This document shows positions 31,601-49,100 of a stretch of 64,000 bases of DNA, one piece after another (the stretch's first letter is position 1; the number at the start of each line of letters is the position of its first letter). The notes below the pieces were generated by a model. The model worked only from the letters and a program-made list of their open reading frames with translations, had not been told where the DNA came from and searched no databases. The translations under genes and the position numbers were made by a program. The DNA is from Chrysomallon squamiferum (Eukaryota; Animalia; Mollusca), in the NCBI GenBank assembly GCA_012295275.1, contig CM022679.1:4960001-5024000 (forward strand), in the 5' to 3' direction.

Positions 31601-32642
31601 TCACAGGTAATAGCAGAAAATATTTTTGTTTTTTTTAATTAGTAAATAACTAAAAAAAAAAAACTAAAACAGAATTAAAATATATCACATACCACATTGT
31701 CTACTAAATCTTCTGATTGCCTTATTTGCAATACTAAATATACTTAGTGACATATTTTAAAATCCATTTATAGTTGAATTCTTTTGACAATAATAAATCC
31801 CTAGGACCTTGTGAAAAAAAAAAAAAAATTGCCATATTTTAGCTCTAAAAACTTTATTTTGACAGTAAACAGCCTCTTTAAGATTTGCCAGTTGAAGATG
31901 GTTTCTCTCTCTCCCTCTCCCCATTAATAAACTGTTGTGATTATTTGCAGTTTAAACATTTGTTTTCATTTTGAATACACTTTACCAAATAACAAATTAT
32001 TTTAATTGTAAAACTGCTTAATTTTAGAACAGATTAAAGAGTTGTCTATACTATTTTTTATTTTTTTTTTTTTTTCAGGAGGAACAGACAATCATCTTGT
32101 ACTCTTGGATCTCCGACCAAACAAACTTGATGGAGCTCGTGCTGAAAAGGTTCTTGAGGAAATTGGGATCGCTGTGAACAAAAACACTTGTCCTGGTGAC
32201 AAAAGTGCCCTGAAACCCAGCGGACTAAGAATAGGAACCCCAGCTCTCACATCAAGAAATATGAAAGAAAAAGATTTGGAAAAAGTTGTGGAATTTATTG
32301 ATGCGGGTATGATGATTATATTTTATTTATTTTTAATTTGTCTTCTGGGCAATAAAAAAATAATAAAACTGTTCATCTAACATAATTTTTATTTTTTTAT
32401 TTTTCCTTTTTATACAAAATTATAGGCATCACAAAATAAATGATTATAAAACATTTGTAAAACTGATTATTTCAGGTATCAAGCTGACGCAAGAAATAAA
32501 TTCCTCATCTGGCCCCATGCTGAAAGACTTCAAAGCTAAACTTGCTGAAGATCCAGAAATCATTGCAAAGGTGAAGGCCATTAAAACAAAGGTTGAAGAA
32601 TTTGCTCTGCAATTTCCACTTCCTGGATTTAAAGATTGGTAA
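28636..32642 (+). CDS. SHMT1: Serine hydroxymethyltransferase, cytosolic type (7 coding exons); apparent 1-nt insertion in the first coding exon
   Basis: Exons approx. 28636-28830 ([10 protein letters not shown]...NKYSEG), 29138-29496 ([22 protein letters not shown]), 29911-30123 ([15 protein letters not shown] lysine), 30726-30839 ([10 protein letters not shown]), 31405-31527, 32079-32306 ([26 protein letters not shown]), 32476-32642. In-frame TAA just upstream of the ATG, so no mitochondrial presequence in this exon. Confidence 0.9.
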
Positions 32643-33580
32643 TTTCATAATTGGGCCTTGTGACAAAGAATCATATTAAAAATAAATGAAAGAAGAATAA
32701 AAACTGTAATTTCAAATTCTTTTGTCTTCCAACAAATTTTTAAATGCAATATGTAACCCATATACATCTTTTGATTAAAATAAGTAAAATTTTGTGTCAG
32801 GCATAAGTTTTGACTCTTTGTAATTCAATGATTTTATTTAAACCAAAGAAAACTATTAAATTTTTTAAAATTATTTGTATTTCATAGAAAATTAATCTAA
32901 CTAGAATACTAATTTATTCATTATATTTTAACAAGTATATGTTTGTCTGTTCTTAAAATACTAATATATTTTGCTTACAAATTACAAATCCATTTTCTGT
33001 TCTCTGTAAAATTGTATGAACTTGGGCATGTTAATTCCATGGCATTAATTTGTAAAAAATTTACAATAGAAAACCACGTTTTTAATTTACAGGCTATTTT
33101 TGAAAATTAACTTCATGTTTATAAAATTAATGCAGTATAAATTTGTATTTTTATGAAAATAATGCAATCATAATTATAAAATTTTGTATCAGCATTTATT
33201 AAATTTTTAGATCAGTTTCAGCTAAAAACTATTTACATTAATTTCTGTTACATCTTTACTAGAAATGTTTACAAGTTTTTTTGATTGATAAAAGTTTATA
33301 CAGTATTGTTTTTTTTTATTTATACGTAATATGTTTAAGATCTTTAATTTCTGCTACATTTATTTATAACATGAAGAAAATATTTATATGGTTGAAATTA
33401 TACTTCAGTGTTAGATCATTGCAGTGGATGTAATCTTAAATGGTTTCATTATACATATACACATACATACACATACATGCACTCTGTCTCTCTTCTTCTT
33501 CACTGGGTATTTCTGAACAGTGTCACTCAAAATCTGTATACCAAATACATGATTTTAATATTCAAGTGTACATGACAGGT

Positions 33581-33648
33581 TATTGACGAATTACATTTTG
33601 GATTAGAATATTAATATTGACAAATTACATTTTGGATTAGAATATTAA
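33581..33648. repeat. 34-bp tandem duplication
   Basis: TATTGACRAATTACATTTTGGATTAGAATATTAA twice. Confidence 0.85.
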
Positions 33649-34152
33649 AATTATTTTTTATATATATATATATATATATAGTTTACAAATATTTATTGAT
33701 TTGATTAACACTGGGGAATGTTTAATGAAAACTGAATAAAATTAACATATATTATTCCAACATTTGTGTTGTTTTTATTATTACCCGAGAATTGGTTTCA
33801 GGTTTAAATGTTTCGTATGTTTTAAACAAAACAAAACATAAATATGAAATTATTTTATTTCATTCTACACAAATAATAAAGTTACCACGAACAAATCTGG
33901 TCTAAAAATTATTTTTATCATGGTTTTTTATTACACATATAATTTTTTGTTTCCACTATTATCTTCAAATTTATTTAATATTTGGTTACATACATTTTAA
34001 CAGACACAATCAACCACAGTTCATCAAGTTACAAAAGATGACAATTCCTTTCCTCTTTTTTTGTTTTTTTTTATGTTTATTTGATGTTTCATTCTATATT
34101 TCACTTTTTTTTTTTTTTTCTTATGGTTAAGAATGAAAAGAAAAAGGATTCA

Positions 34153-35864
34153 TCATTCAATTTCTACCTCCCCTCCTACCCCCACCAGAGCCTTCTTCAG
34201 GGCCTCCGCTTCATCTTTTGTCATATCACTCTTTACTACAGCTGGTGTCGACTCCACAAACTTCTTAGCCTGCAGAAATAAATAACAAAATATCATATAA
34301 TAAATAACAATTTTTAAAAAGCAAAGCAAAAAAAAAAAAAAAAATAAAAAAAATAATAATAATAATAATAATGAATAATAATGAAATTAAATATTAAATA
34401 AAAATACATGTACAAAATAAATAATAAATGATTATAATCATATGCATTTTTATTTGAAACACAACCCCTCCAAAATGCCACAAAAACCAAGAAAAAAAAA
34501 AAAAAAAAAAAACTTCATTTTTATTATAAGAACTGAAAAAAAAAAAAAAAAAAAAAATAATGGTAACTCTGTCAACTTTATCTTCTACCATGCTTAATTT
34601 TACAGAAAGTTTTGTTTTGGATCCAATAAAATAAATAATTATAACTATAATAAAAATAAAATCCCAAATCAGTCACAAGCATAGTATTTCTTTAAAAGAG
34701 TACTACTTGTATGTTGTATTAAATATAAATGGACTAACAAGTTGAGCACTTGGATAGAGGCAAAGGTTATCTTTGTTTATGTTTGAAAACTTAGATTTTT
34801 AAAAAAACATTAGGGGTAATGACATAAATGTTACAATTTAAAGTCTCAAAATGAAATATTATCTTAACAATATTGGATAAGTTTTGTAGTATGCTTTAGT
34901 GCTTTAGTATTATTTTTTTTAATGACTAGAAAATTTTAAAAATAAAAATAAAAACAAAAGTGGATGAACACTGCACAAACTTTTAGATACTTTCTTATGC
35001 TTAAACAATAAAGAATGACAATAGTCACTAATTCATGACAAAACCAATACTAAAATGAAAATAAAATCCATCTTTATATACATATATTTTTCAATTACAT
35101 AATTATAATGATATATATAACATTTGTATTTTTGTATTTTCTTTTGAGGTTTTTTTTCACTTCATCTCACCTGAACAAGGTTCATTCCGTCCATCAAAGA
35201 CTTAATCTCTTTGATGAGCTGAACTTTCTTTGCCTCATCAAATTTAACAAGTTTAACTGTAAAAGCAACTTTCTCCTTCTTTGGAGCTGCTTCTTCTTCA
35301 TCATCCTGTAACAAAAATATAATCACTGACACAATAATAACAACTCACTGAAAATTATTTTTTATTTAATAATATAGTCTTGTAATTGATGAGAATTAAC
35401 TGCATTAATACATTTTAGATGCTTCCAAGTTTGTTACTGTTATTCTTTAGATTTTGTTTTTGATGATCTTTCTGTTTCCATGCTTGTATATAGTGGCACT
35501 GTATGTTATTCTCATTGTGCAAGGAATTATTCTGACCATAGTGAAGAATTAAAAAATTTAAATTAAAATTAAATAATAATAATATTAATAATAATAATAA
35601 TAAATAAATAAATAAATAAATAATTTGATGAAAAGATAAGTAATCGAAAACTGTGAATTAATCTTTTTTGTTGATTAAAGTGTATTTGTGATGATAAATT
35701 ATATAAAAACATATTTTTTTTTTTTTTTAAGAATTCCATTTACAAACTATTGTTCTAAAATAATAATAATAATAATAATAAAAATTTAAACATTTAAAAA
35801 AATAAAATAAAATGAAATTTTTTAATAATAAATTTAAAAAATAAAAATAAATAAAATAAATAAC

Positions 35865-35900
<36 letters not shown>

Positions 35901-36180
35901 TCAACAACAATAAAATAAAATAAATAAAAATTATAAAAATAAAATAAAATAAAATAATAGGTACTAATAGGTAAGGCACTTATTCAAAACATTCTCTGCC
36001 AAGTACAGATAACCCTGCAAAAAAACCCAACACAAACCTTGGGTGCAGGTGCAGCTGCCATTGCACCATATGCCATCATGGGAGCATCAGCAATATTTAA
36101 ACGTTTCTGAAAAGATGCAGTAAAATGTATTTAAAATTATTTTTAAAATGTTTTATCTATTATTATTTTTAACCAATATT

Positions 36181-36217
<37 letters not shown>

Positions 36218-37697
36218 ATAATAATAATAATAATAAATAATAATAAAATTTTAAATTGAATTAAATAATAAATAAATAAATAATAATCCAAAGAAAAAAA
36301 AAAAATTCTGATTTTTTTATTTTTAAAAAAAAAAAAAAAAAAAAAAGCATAAGGATGGTTTAACATTAAAAAATACAAAATTGGGTTGAATGCTTTTTAT
36401 AGTTTAATGTGTTTCTAGTTTTCCTCAGTAATTTTTGGTTGGTGGTGAAATATTTATATTTTTTCTTTGAATTTAAGGAATATATGTGAAGTCTGATGTA
36501 TCAAAATGATATATCTTTTGTTATAAATCTACCATTGCATGATCCTAACCTGAGCTCAAAACTACAAGTTTACAGTTATTACAAAAATGTTATACTTATA
36601 CTTTTATTCTCAAAGCTTTTGAAAAGTATATAAATAATCTTTAAGCCTTACCTTCAGCAATTCATTTAGATCAGCAACTTCGAGCAAATTCAACTGACTA
36701 ATATCATCAACAATTTTTTCTAATTTAGGAGGATAACTTTTGTCTGCAAGGTTACTTTCAGGGGATGGGATTGCCTCACTAACATAGGGGCGAAAATGAG
36801 ATATATAACTTCGTTTTACTGCATGTTTTAATATCCTATGCAGTGCCAACCTGAAATGACAAAATAAATTATAAAATTTGAAATATTAGTTTTGTTAGTT
36901 ATGAAAATGTATTTAATAGTATTTTAGTTATTTTTATTGCATATTATATATTTCCAATTATTTCTAACTTCCATGATCAAAATAAGGTACAAATATTACG
37001 TACAGATGGTGGCATTCATTACTTTTCTTACATTCTGTATGACATTCACATGTAACAACCAAATTTAGTAAAGAAACATCATTAAATGTTCATTATCTTA
37101 TTTTCTGGCGACAATTTATTGTAGGTTCAGACACGACGTAAGTGTTTTCTCGGCAATGCCTACAATTTGTTGGAATATTTCTTTCTTGGTACTTTTCAGT
37201 TCTAGTATGAGTAAACAGAAAAAGAGGCTGTTATTGAAAATTATGTTTTCAATTAATAATCATGGGTTGCCGTTTTATCGTTTTGCTTTTTGAGTATGAT
37301 TTATAAACACATCGGCCCCCAGGGTCTACGAATGGTCATGCCATTGGGGTCGATTATCTTTCGAGTCCATTTTAAATAATACTAATAGTTTTCTTAAATA
37401 TAAATATGTCACAAATATTACATTTTTATAATAATAAGGATATTTTATATTTATTTATTTATTTATTTATTTATTTTAAACAAATATAATAATCATATGA
37501 TTGCAAAAGTAATGAATTTAATTTTCAAGGTTGATCCAATCTAAGGGAGGTAATAGAGAGTACACCACTGAAGTAGTCAGCACGTTTAATAAAATCTTCA
37601 GACCGCAAACAATTTCTTTCTTTAACTTTTGAAATAATGCAAATAAAAACAAAACAATGTACCGTCTGCAGTAGCTGGACAACTTGCAAGAAGACAT
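34153..37697 (-). CDS. MRPL12: Mitochondrial ribosomal protein bL12m (5 exons)
   Basis: Exons approx. 37663-37697 (MSSCKLSSYCR), 36652-36850 (YPPKLEKIVDDISQLNLLEVADLNELLK), 36038-36106, 35172-35306 (KVQLIKEIKSLMDGMNLVQ), 34153-34269 (AKKFVESTP...EAEALKKALVGVGGEVEIE*). Confidence 0.93.
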
Positions 37698-38103
37698 AAT
37701 TCACGGAACTTGACAAAAACTTCGAGACAAAAAATACATGCGTCACTCTTTTCGTCCTTTTGACACATAAGATTTCTTCCGGAATATTTTCTAATGGTAA
37801 ACTGAATTTTAAATGATAATCTAATAGGAATTATTATGTGAAAAATACTCGATAGCCAAGAAAAACACCAAGATGTAAGAAATATAATTTTTATCTTAAA
37901 ATCTTTATAATTATTTCTGCAGATAATTTCTTTTTAATGTCGGTGGTACTCGTTTATTTTCGGATATTTTACGGGAAAAGACGAACGCTTAACAACTTCC
38001 TGTGAAGATTTCAGCACGTGTATTTTATAGACTTGAATTATAAAACTTTATTAGCATATATTGTCTTCTAATATTTTAACATTCTGATCACCTTATATTG
38101 ACA
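37698..38103. promoter_or_regulatory. Bidirectional promoter between MRPL12 and TMA16
   Basis: 406 bp between divergent start codons; ETS/GABP-like CTTCCGGAA 37776-37784 and ACTTCCTG 37995-38002, E-box CACGTG 38015-38020. Confidence 0.7.
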
Positions 38104-38613
38104 ATGCCAAAAGCACCAAAAGCAAAGGTCGGCCAAGACAAAAAGGTAATTCACCCAAACAGCCGAAAAGCTCAAAGCTTGGCACGAAAAGGTTTTCGAG
38201 AACTTCGTATAAACAAACAAAAATCAGCAAGAAATAAATACGATATTCTAGCAGAGAAGTTGTTATGGTTTAAAGAACACATGGATACTGATAAAAAGTT
38301 GTATACAAAGCGTGAACTTGTGGACTTGGTAAATGAATATCGTCACAGATTTGATGAAGAACTTGAACAAATTGCTATCGTAAACAGTTTGAAAGGTCGA
38401 GACAAACAACAGTTCGTTTCCAGAGAAGCAGCAATAAAATTAACTACAGAAAAAGATGATAGTGAATTCAGCAGTTGTGGAATAGAAGTCCCTGATTTAA
38501 TAAATGGACAACACTGCGAAATTTTCAAAAAGTGGGATGGAGAAATTAAATACATACCAAATATTAAATTGAGAAAAATATCACAAACAGATGTCGATAG
38601 ACTGGAAAAATGA
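38104..38613 (+). CDS. TMA16: Translation machinery-associated protein 16, intronless CDS (169 aa)
   Basis: MPKAPKAK...KKVIHPNSRKA...EKLLWF...YRHRFDEELEQI...GIEVPDL...WDG...IPNIKLRK, recognisable Tma16 family motifs. Confidence 0.9.
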   Translation: MPKAPKAKVGQDKKVIHPNSRKAQSLARKGFRELRINKQKSARNKYDILAEKLLWFKEHMDTDKKLYTKRELVDLVNEYRHRFDEELEQIAIVNSLKGRDKQQFVSREAAIKLTTEKDDSEFSSCGIEVPDLINGQHCEIFKKWDGEIKYIPNIKLRKISQTDVDRLEK

Positions 38614-38845
38614 CAATTCATATGAGCGGATATTTTTTTTTATGAAGATTGAAGAAAGGTGATACCAACATAATGGCCTAACTACAACAGGAAAATCACT
38701 TCTGGATAAATACATTTACAACTGAAGTTTATTCATAAATGTTCAACTGATTTGGAGAAATTAACATTTCAGTGTGTTTGTGTCTCGCCTTCGAACTTTT
38801 TGAGAGAAAAAAAAAACGATCTCGAATGCATTAACAAACAGACAA

Positions 38846-38897
<52 letters not shown>

Positions 38898-40268
38898 TAA
38901 ATAACAAATAAAAAAATGTCACAATAACTGAAGAATATATGTGAAACACAGGCAAATGTTTGTTTTCTCATATCCAACAATGAAAAATACCAAATAAAAT
39001 GCTAAAATACACATTTTCATAATTATTTTGTTTCGGATGTTTATAACATATTTACTGAATTTACTTTAGATGTGCATTGTTTAAATATATATTATTAAGA
39101 AAAAAAAAAGTTTAAATTTTTTATTTAGAAGAATGTAATTATCACTTAATTCTTAGTGTATTTTTAAGTTGGTGCTAGGTGTTAAATATGCCAGAGATGT
39201 GATTACCATTTAGCAAAATTTTTGAATTTATTATTTTAAATATTTTATTCAGATATTATATGTATATGAAGATTTACTTGGCTTTTAATGAAAAGATTTG
39301 AAGCATGGTTCTTGGCATAATAATACATTGTAGTCAGTAGGTATCTTTGTTGCATAGATTACTAATTCTCACTTATAATACACACACATCCAAGTGCCTA
39401 AAAGTAATTTTGATAGCAAGAATAAGCTTTACTGAATTGCAAGTAGCAGTTGAATGGATTTTTATTTTTTCAGTTATCATTAAATTTTTTTTTTCTTCTG
39501 AAAAATAGTATGCTGCTTTAAAATAGCACTCCCATTTAACATCACTTTACCATTTTATTAATTTCAACTACTTTTGCTTTAGGTATAGATAGATGAAATA
39601 TGCAGTTAAAAGAAAAACAAACCATTATAAACACTAGATTTGGTTTAATTCATTTTCAATCAGTAAATTTGTACAGCTAAAAATTGCAAGAAATCATTGG
39701 TGTTAAAAATTAAATATAAATGTCTATTACAAGAAATATTAAATCTTGTGAGGATTGTAACTTGGTTTGTATGATTTTTCAACAGATGTTGAAAGGAAAC
39801 TACTAAAATATTTATTAAAATTGACAAAATATATTTTTTCTTCCCCTTCTTAAATTAAATTTCTTTGTTTAATTCATCTTCTCTATTGTAGACAATGCAG
39901 ATTTATCAAACCTAAAAAAAGACCTAGTTTAGACAATTGATATGGCCTGACATTTGTTATCTACCATATTGTAACTCTGCAACAAGTTAATTACTACAAT
40001 CCAATGACTATAGAACACTTTTTATTCATCAAATATTCTAGTGTTTATAAGCCATTTCTTGTTGATAGTTCAAATGATGGAATTTTGAACTATTGACTGC
40101 ATTAAAATACGGGGAAAATCCTCCATTAATAACAGAAGTATAATCCTTCTACAACATATCGGTCTGGCCAGTGGCTTTATTTTTGTTATTAAGACGATAA
40201 TGTTTAACAAGATTCTGTAATTAAAACTGAACTGTTTTGTAAATATGTACATAAACTGCTAGAACTAT

Positions 40269-43236
<2,968 letters not shown>

Positions 43237-43404
43237 TTAGTTTCGAAACAAAATACAGAAGTAAAATTAGTAACAGATTTGTCTTATATAAGACAGTAAC
43301 TAAATATTCGCAGTAAATTGTAATCTGAAAGAGATTATCTCAGATTTAATGAAAACATAAAATTTGCTACTTTCTTTATTCGTTCTCTTTCACAAATGTC
43401 AGTC

Positions 43405-43459
43405 TCGCGCCAAATTTTCACAATGGCGCCAAATGTTCTGAAAGGGTTATTTTCATTGG
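43405..43459 (-). promoter_or_regulatory. Tandem E2F sites and CCAAT box upstream of PCNA
   Basis: Minus strand TTTGGCGCGA (43414-43405), TTTGGCGCCA (43433-43424) and CCAAT (43459-43455). Confidence 0.75.
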
Positions 43460-45044
43460 ATGTTTTATTTTATTTATTTATATCAATAGAAACGAGACCT
43501 CTGGCAGCTATTGAACTAAATGTAATCGAGACTTCGCATCTCAGAATTTTTTAAATTATAATTCATGTACTTAAAATACAATATTGCTACAATACGCATA
43601 GAAGTAATTTCTTTAGAAAAGGCTAATAAAGTTTTTATTATTTTGTTTAAATTTATTTATAGAAGGAAACAACTAAAACAAATTAACAATATAACAAAAA
43701 TAGGCCTTTAAAATAATAAAATAAAATAAAATAAAATAAATGTTTTAATTATTTTCTTAATTTACTAAGTGATTTTCGTAAAAGACATGCTGATGTGTGC
43801 CACTGGCAGTGTGCATCTAAATGAAGGTGTCACGATATTTTTGCTGACTGCACAGTTGTTCACCCCAAAAGTTAAATTATTGGTAATTGATACCACCAGT
43901 TTGTGAGTGTGTATTGGTGTTTTTGTTAGTTTTTACGGTGGAGGGGTTATTCTTTGAAATATATTTAAACTATTATGAAAATGGTTTATTTTGAAATTAC
44001 TAAGAAAAAAGCATACATGTAAATACAGCCGCAACAACAATTACAACATCTATTAGTATATATCACTGAAAATAATTTTAATTATATTAGTTAATAATCA
44101 TGTTAATAACATATATTTCAATAAATATAGGTAGAAATGGCGATGGGCAGATATCCATTTTGTTGGACAGTCAGTTCGATTCTAAACGGATGTAATTGTT
44201 GTTTCTATATTTACACATATGCATTTGTTAAATATGAAAATAAAATTTCCTATAATTATAATAATAATAAAATAAGCAAAATAAAACTTCAGATTAATTT
44301 TAAAACTCAAATAAATTTGTCCAACATTCTTTTGAATAACATTTTTCTTGCTTTTAATATCTATAAACTGGTTTTGGTTATCAAAAACTTTTCTGTTCCA
44401 AAATTACTAACGTAAACCAGTTTGGAGGTGATAATGGCGGATTGCATTTGTCAGTGTCGGTGATTGACCAAGTAAAGAGCCAAATAATTGTTTATTTTTA
44501 CGAAAAGTTGACATTTCGTTACATTTGTGATCGCTACATCAACTGTGTAAGCATTATATTTATACCACATTGTTAAAAGAGCTAACAGTACATAAATACG
44601 AATGTGTAAAAGTGTGTGACGCAAACAGATCGAAAGAAATGTTATTTCGCAGTTGTCAATACATTTTGTTAAGACTTTTAAAAAGAGTGATTTGTACTTT
44701 AAATTGGTTCGCTTTCCGTTCTAATAATTACTTTTTAGTACGCTTTTAATAAGTTTAATCGAAAAGATATTTAATAATAATGTTGCAATGTAAAAGTTAT
44801 AATAAAAGAAAAATAAGTTAATAACAGATTCTTAGATTGGACAAATTTTAATAAGAAACACCAAACACATTCCACCCAACAAAAAAATAAATAAAACTAG
44901 CCTTCATAACAATTTGCAGTATAACATATCTATTAAAAAACAACAAATGTCTTTAAAAACACAAAAACAAAACATAACCCCAAAACAACCCCCCCCCAAA
45001 ATCCACAACCATTATCATTAGTTTTTTTATTTTCAGAAATAATT

Positions 45045-46116
45045 ATGTGGCGATCAAGCATTCTGAAACCTGCTTTAAGTGTTGGGCTGAAAAAAACGCG
45101 AACTAGCGTCCTGTCGCCAAGTTTTTGCCAGAAGACACAGGCACTTAGCACAGCTAAGTTTGGCAGAATTCAGCATTATCAAAAACACCCTCTGAGTTAT
45201 GAAAGGCCAACTTGGACATCGTTAGCTAGACTGCAGTCAGCAGTGACGCCAACCAGTTCTGCCGCTGTCCACACATCTGCTGTGTCGTTTGACAAAAACA
45301 AGACTTACACCAATTTTGGTCACACGAGAAAACATGTCAGCAAACATGCCTTTACATACAGCATGTTTCTGGGAATTTCTTTCTTTCTGTTTTTTGGATT
45401 TGATGTGTAAGTGCAAATTTGATCAGCATTAACTTATATTTCTCTAATTGAGATGTATGTATGAAAACAAGAATAAAACTGAAATAGTAATGTTGTAATG
45501 TTGAATAAGTATATATTTCCCAGTTACGTGTAACAGCTGTTGTTTAAATGTTCACAGAATAGTAGCATTCTGTTTATTATATTCAAGTTTGTTTTATTTT
45601 AAAATTTATTTTTAATAATGATTAACTCTCTAACAGTTTCAATAAACTGGTGTGCATAACTGAAAAAATTATAAAATGACATCTTATAATTATGGATCCA
45701 TCTGCAAATTAATTATTGTTTCTTCATAAATAAATTGACCTTGGTGAAGGTTGATGCTTTTCTCAAATCATGATCTGCCACTTGGACTTTGTTTCTTTTT
45801 AAATATGAAGATGTTCCACTGAGTTTTCATGTTTTATTGTTTGTTTGTGTGTTTGTATTGTTATTTTGTGTGGATATATAAATGTGTAAATCTGTCAGTA
45901 TTTCCCTTCAGCTACACCAGGATAGTGAAATGGCTGACAGTTGATGCTGCATCAGCTGAAGTCGAGGGTCAGGATGGAAGTGACATGAACGAAAAAGAAG
46001 GCGAAAGTCCAAAAAAGAAGAAAAAAAGAATTGGATTTCGTGACAGAAAAGTAATTTATAAAACCTTAAATGTTACAAAAAAGTCACAAGTCATGTTTTA
46101 GTGAGGGGGAAAAGAA

Positions 46117-46162
<46 letters not shown>

Positions 46163-49100
46163 TGTGTGTGTGTCATGTATGTCAGTAACCTGCTTTTGGT
46201 ATTATTGTCTTTGCTGAATTGAGTTAAAAATGGAATTCATTGGGATGATTTCACTTTGTTGTAAATATTTTTCTTAGAATTTTAGTATTTTTCCCTTTTC
46301 ATTGGTAATGATTGTAATTTGTTACTTTAATTCACTTTCTTTCTGTTTGTATTTACCACCTGTCCATCTTTTTCACTGACTTTCTCTTATTCTCACTATA
46401 CCTTGTTTCATGTACGGGTGTATAAAAGTTAATACTGATGTGGTTTGTTTTTAGATAATTGGATATGAAGATCGTATTCGGGCATACTCAACACCTGATA
46501 AAGTTTTTCGTTACTTTGCCACACTCAAAGTGCACCAGCAAAATGGGGAATGGGAGGTGTTTATGACCCCAGAGGACTTTGTCCGATCAATAACACCTGG
46601 ACTAAAACAGCCTGACGGTGAGTGACAAACAAAATTAGTCAGCATTAATTTACATTCTTGGTATCAGGCCTTGTAGAATTATTAATGTGTTTTAAAAATG
46701 TTTTAGGATATAAATTATAAAAATATGTTCTTTAATAATCAATTTAAAATGTCATGAAATTCTAATAAAACATTTGATGTAATCATTGATCCAACCAGTT
46801 TTATTTTAAAAAGTTACAGAATATGAATCTTAATAATGTATTTCAAAATAAATCAGCTTTTAAATTTATTTATTTATTTATTTATCAAGGTTTCTTTATA
46901 TATTTTGAATGAAAGTCTTTTGTTTTCTTATTCATAGGTCTTGGCCTTGATCAGTTTAGGAAATTTGACCCTAAGGTATGTTTTTATTTAGACATTATTA
47001 TAATTATTATTATTTTTTTTTCATGTGCTAGTCAGATTAAAAAACAAAATTTTATGTGAACACAAGTCCTCTAGATCAAATCACTTTGAAATGTATCTTT
47101 GGTGACATAAACAAATACTGAAAAAGTTAATACATTTTGCACGTTTTCAAATTTCATTTAATTTTTATTTTTTTATTTTTTTATTTTTTTTAGTACTTGT
47201 TAATAATCGAGTATGGCAGAGATATTATAAGCCTCTAAGTTTTCATAGGCTGCTATTTTGATTTATTTCATAATTAACTGTGTGTAAATCTTGACAAATA
47301 TAGAAACTTTTCAATAATTTCCGTTATGATGATAAAAGATAATAAAGAAAAGTAAGTATGTTATTAGAATAGTTACAATAATAATCACTTGTAAATGAAA
47401 CAAAAACAAACATTTCATTATTTATATACATGAAATGGCATCAAAAAATAAAAGAAAAAAGGTAATCTCCAAATGTTTTTTGTTTTTAATTTTTTAATTA
47501 TTATTATTAAAGATTGTTGTTTTTCAACAGTTTGTATTTAGACCATTTGTTTGTGTCATCAGAAATACACTTTAACTTCATTCTTTGATGTTCCTTTAAT
47601 GTTTTTAATTTCTGGTTCCACCAAAATAATTATCAGAATACATTTTTGTCTTATCTTTTCCATTTTATTTATTTATTAATTATTTTATGTTTTTGAGTTA
47701 ACCTTTCACAAAAATCATGTTTTGTTGCATTAACAAATAAAAAATCCAAACATTTCCAAGCTTAAAAAAAAAAAAAAAAAAAAAAGTATACTAATAATGG
47801 AAAATAATTAAATAAGACTATTTTAAATGCATTTAAATCTAAAATAGTACATGAAATTATTATATATTAAAATGATTTTTGTTTTCAAATTATTGTTTGA
47901 CAAAATCACATAGGAAATATGACTTAAGTAACTGTTACAATTATTTTATTAATATGTCATTTCATTTTAATTTTATTTACTTGACCTTATAAATTTTACT
48001 TTTAACTAAATCACTTCTTTCAGCAACTAGATTCGATCTGCTGAATAATGATTCTAATATTTTGTAAACAGTGTCATGTAACAAATAAAATATTAAATGT
48101 GCATGAAAATGTGGTTAACTGGTAGATTTGTCTTAAAGTGGCTTTTGAAGCTTTCATAGGCATTTGTGTTAATGTTTTCTTTTAATAGTCTTAAAGAATT
48201 TGATAAAAAATAGATTTAATTGTATTAGTTTATAGTGTTTTTTTAGTGTAATATAGCTATGATAATCACAGTAAAATATTAATAATTTCTTCTTGTTAAT
48301 TTCAGTAAAGATTAAAATGTTTTAAAATATTTTTAATTATTGATATTGTGTTTTATTTATTGATTTGTTTAACAAATTTAAATAATTTTATTTTCATGCC
48401 ATAGATAATTTTCCCTTAGTTTTTCCACTGCACGTAATAAATTTATTTTGAAAAAAGATTTTTGATGATTTCCATGGATAATATTTACGTTAAAGCTGTA
48501 GATAATTGCAAAAAACAAAAACAAAAAACAATTCATAACTTTTTTTAAATAAAAAAAAATAAAAAATAAATAAATAAAACTGTATATGAATGAATACAGT
48601 ATTGCTTCTAGAACATTTTTCAACAATAAATAAACAAGTAAGTAAATAAGTAAAAATATTTTTTTACTGTATACAGGATGGGCCAAGACCCCAGTGAACC
48701 TCGTCTTGGGATGAGTACCAGACTTTGATGTTTCTGGATGGGCACCATAGATTATAACATCTGTTATTTAACTTGAATAGATAAACATTTAACTGAGCTG
48801 CATACTGTGTGCCTGCATATTGAAACAAAATAAATTTACATGATTAGAACTTGAATCACATTGGTGAAATTTATACGAACAGAAGATAATTCAAACTGTA
48901 CAAATAAACTTTGAATCGACCTTAAAATAAATTAATACTTCAAGCTGTTATTGTATGTGACCAGTTTTATTTTTGTTTATTAACCTTGTGGATTATTCTA
49001 ACATTAAAAAATGTTCTGTTAAAAAGGATATGTTTTTGTTTTCTTTTAATTTTTTAAATTTTAATTTTTTTTTTGATAAATATTTTTGTTACTCATGTGC

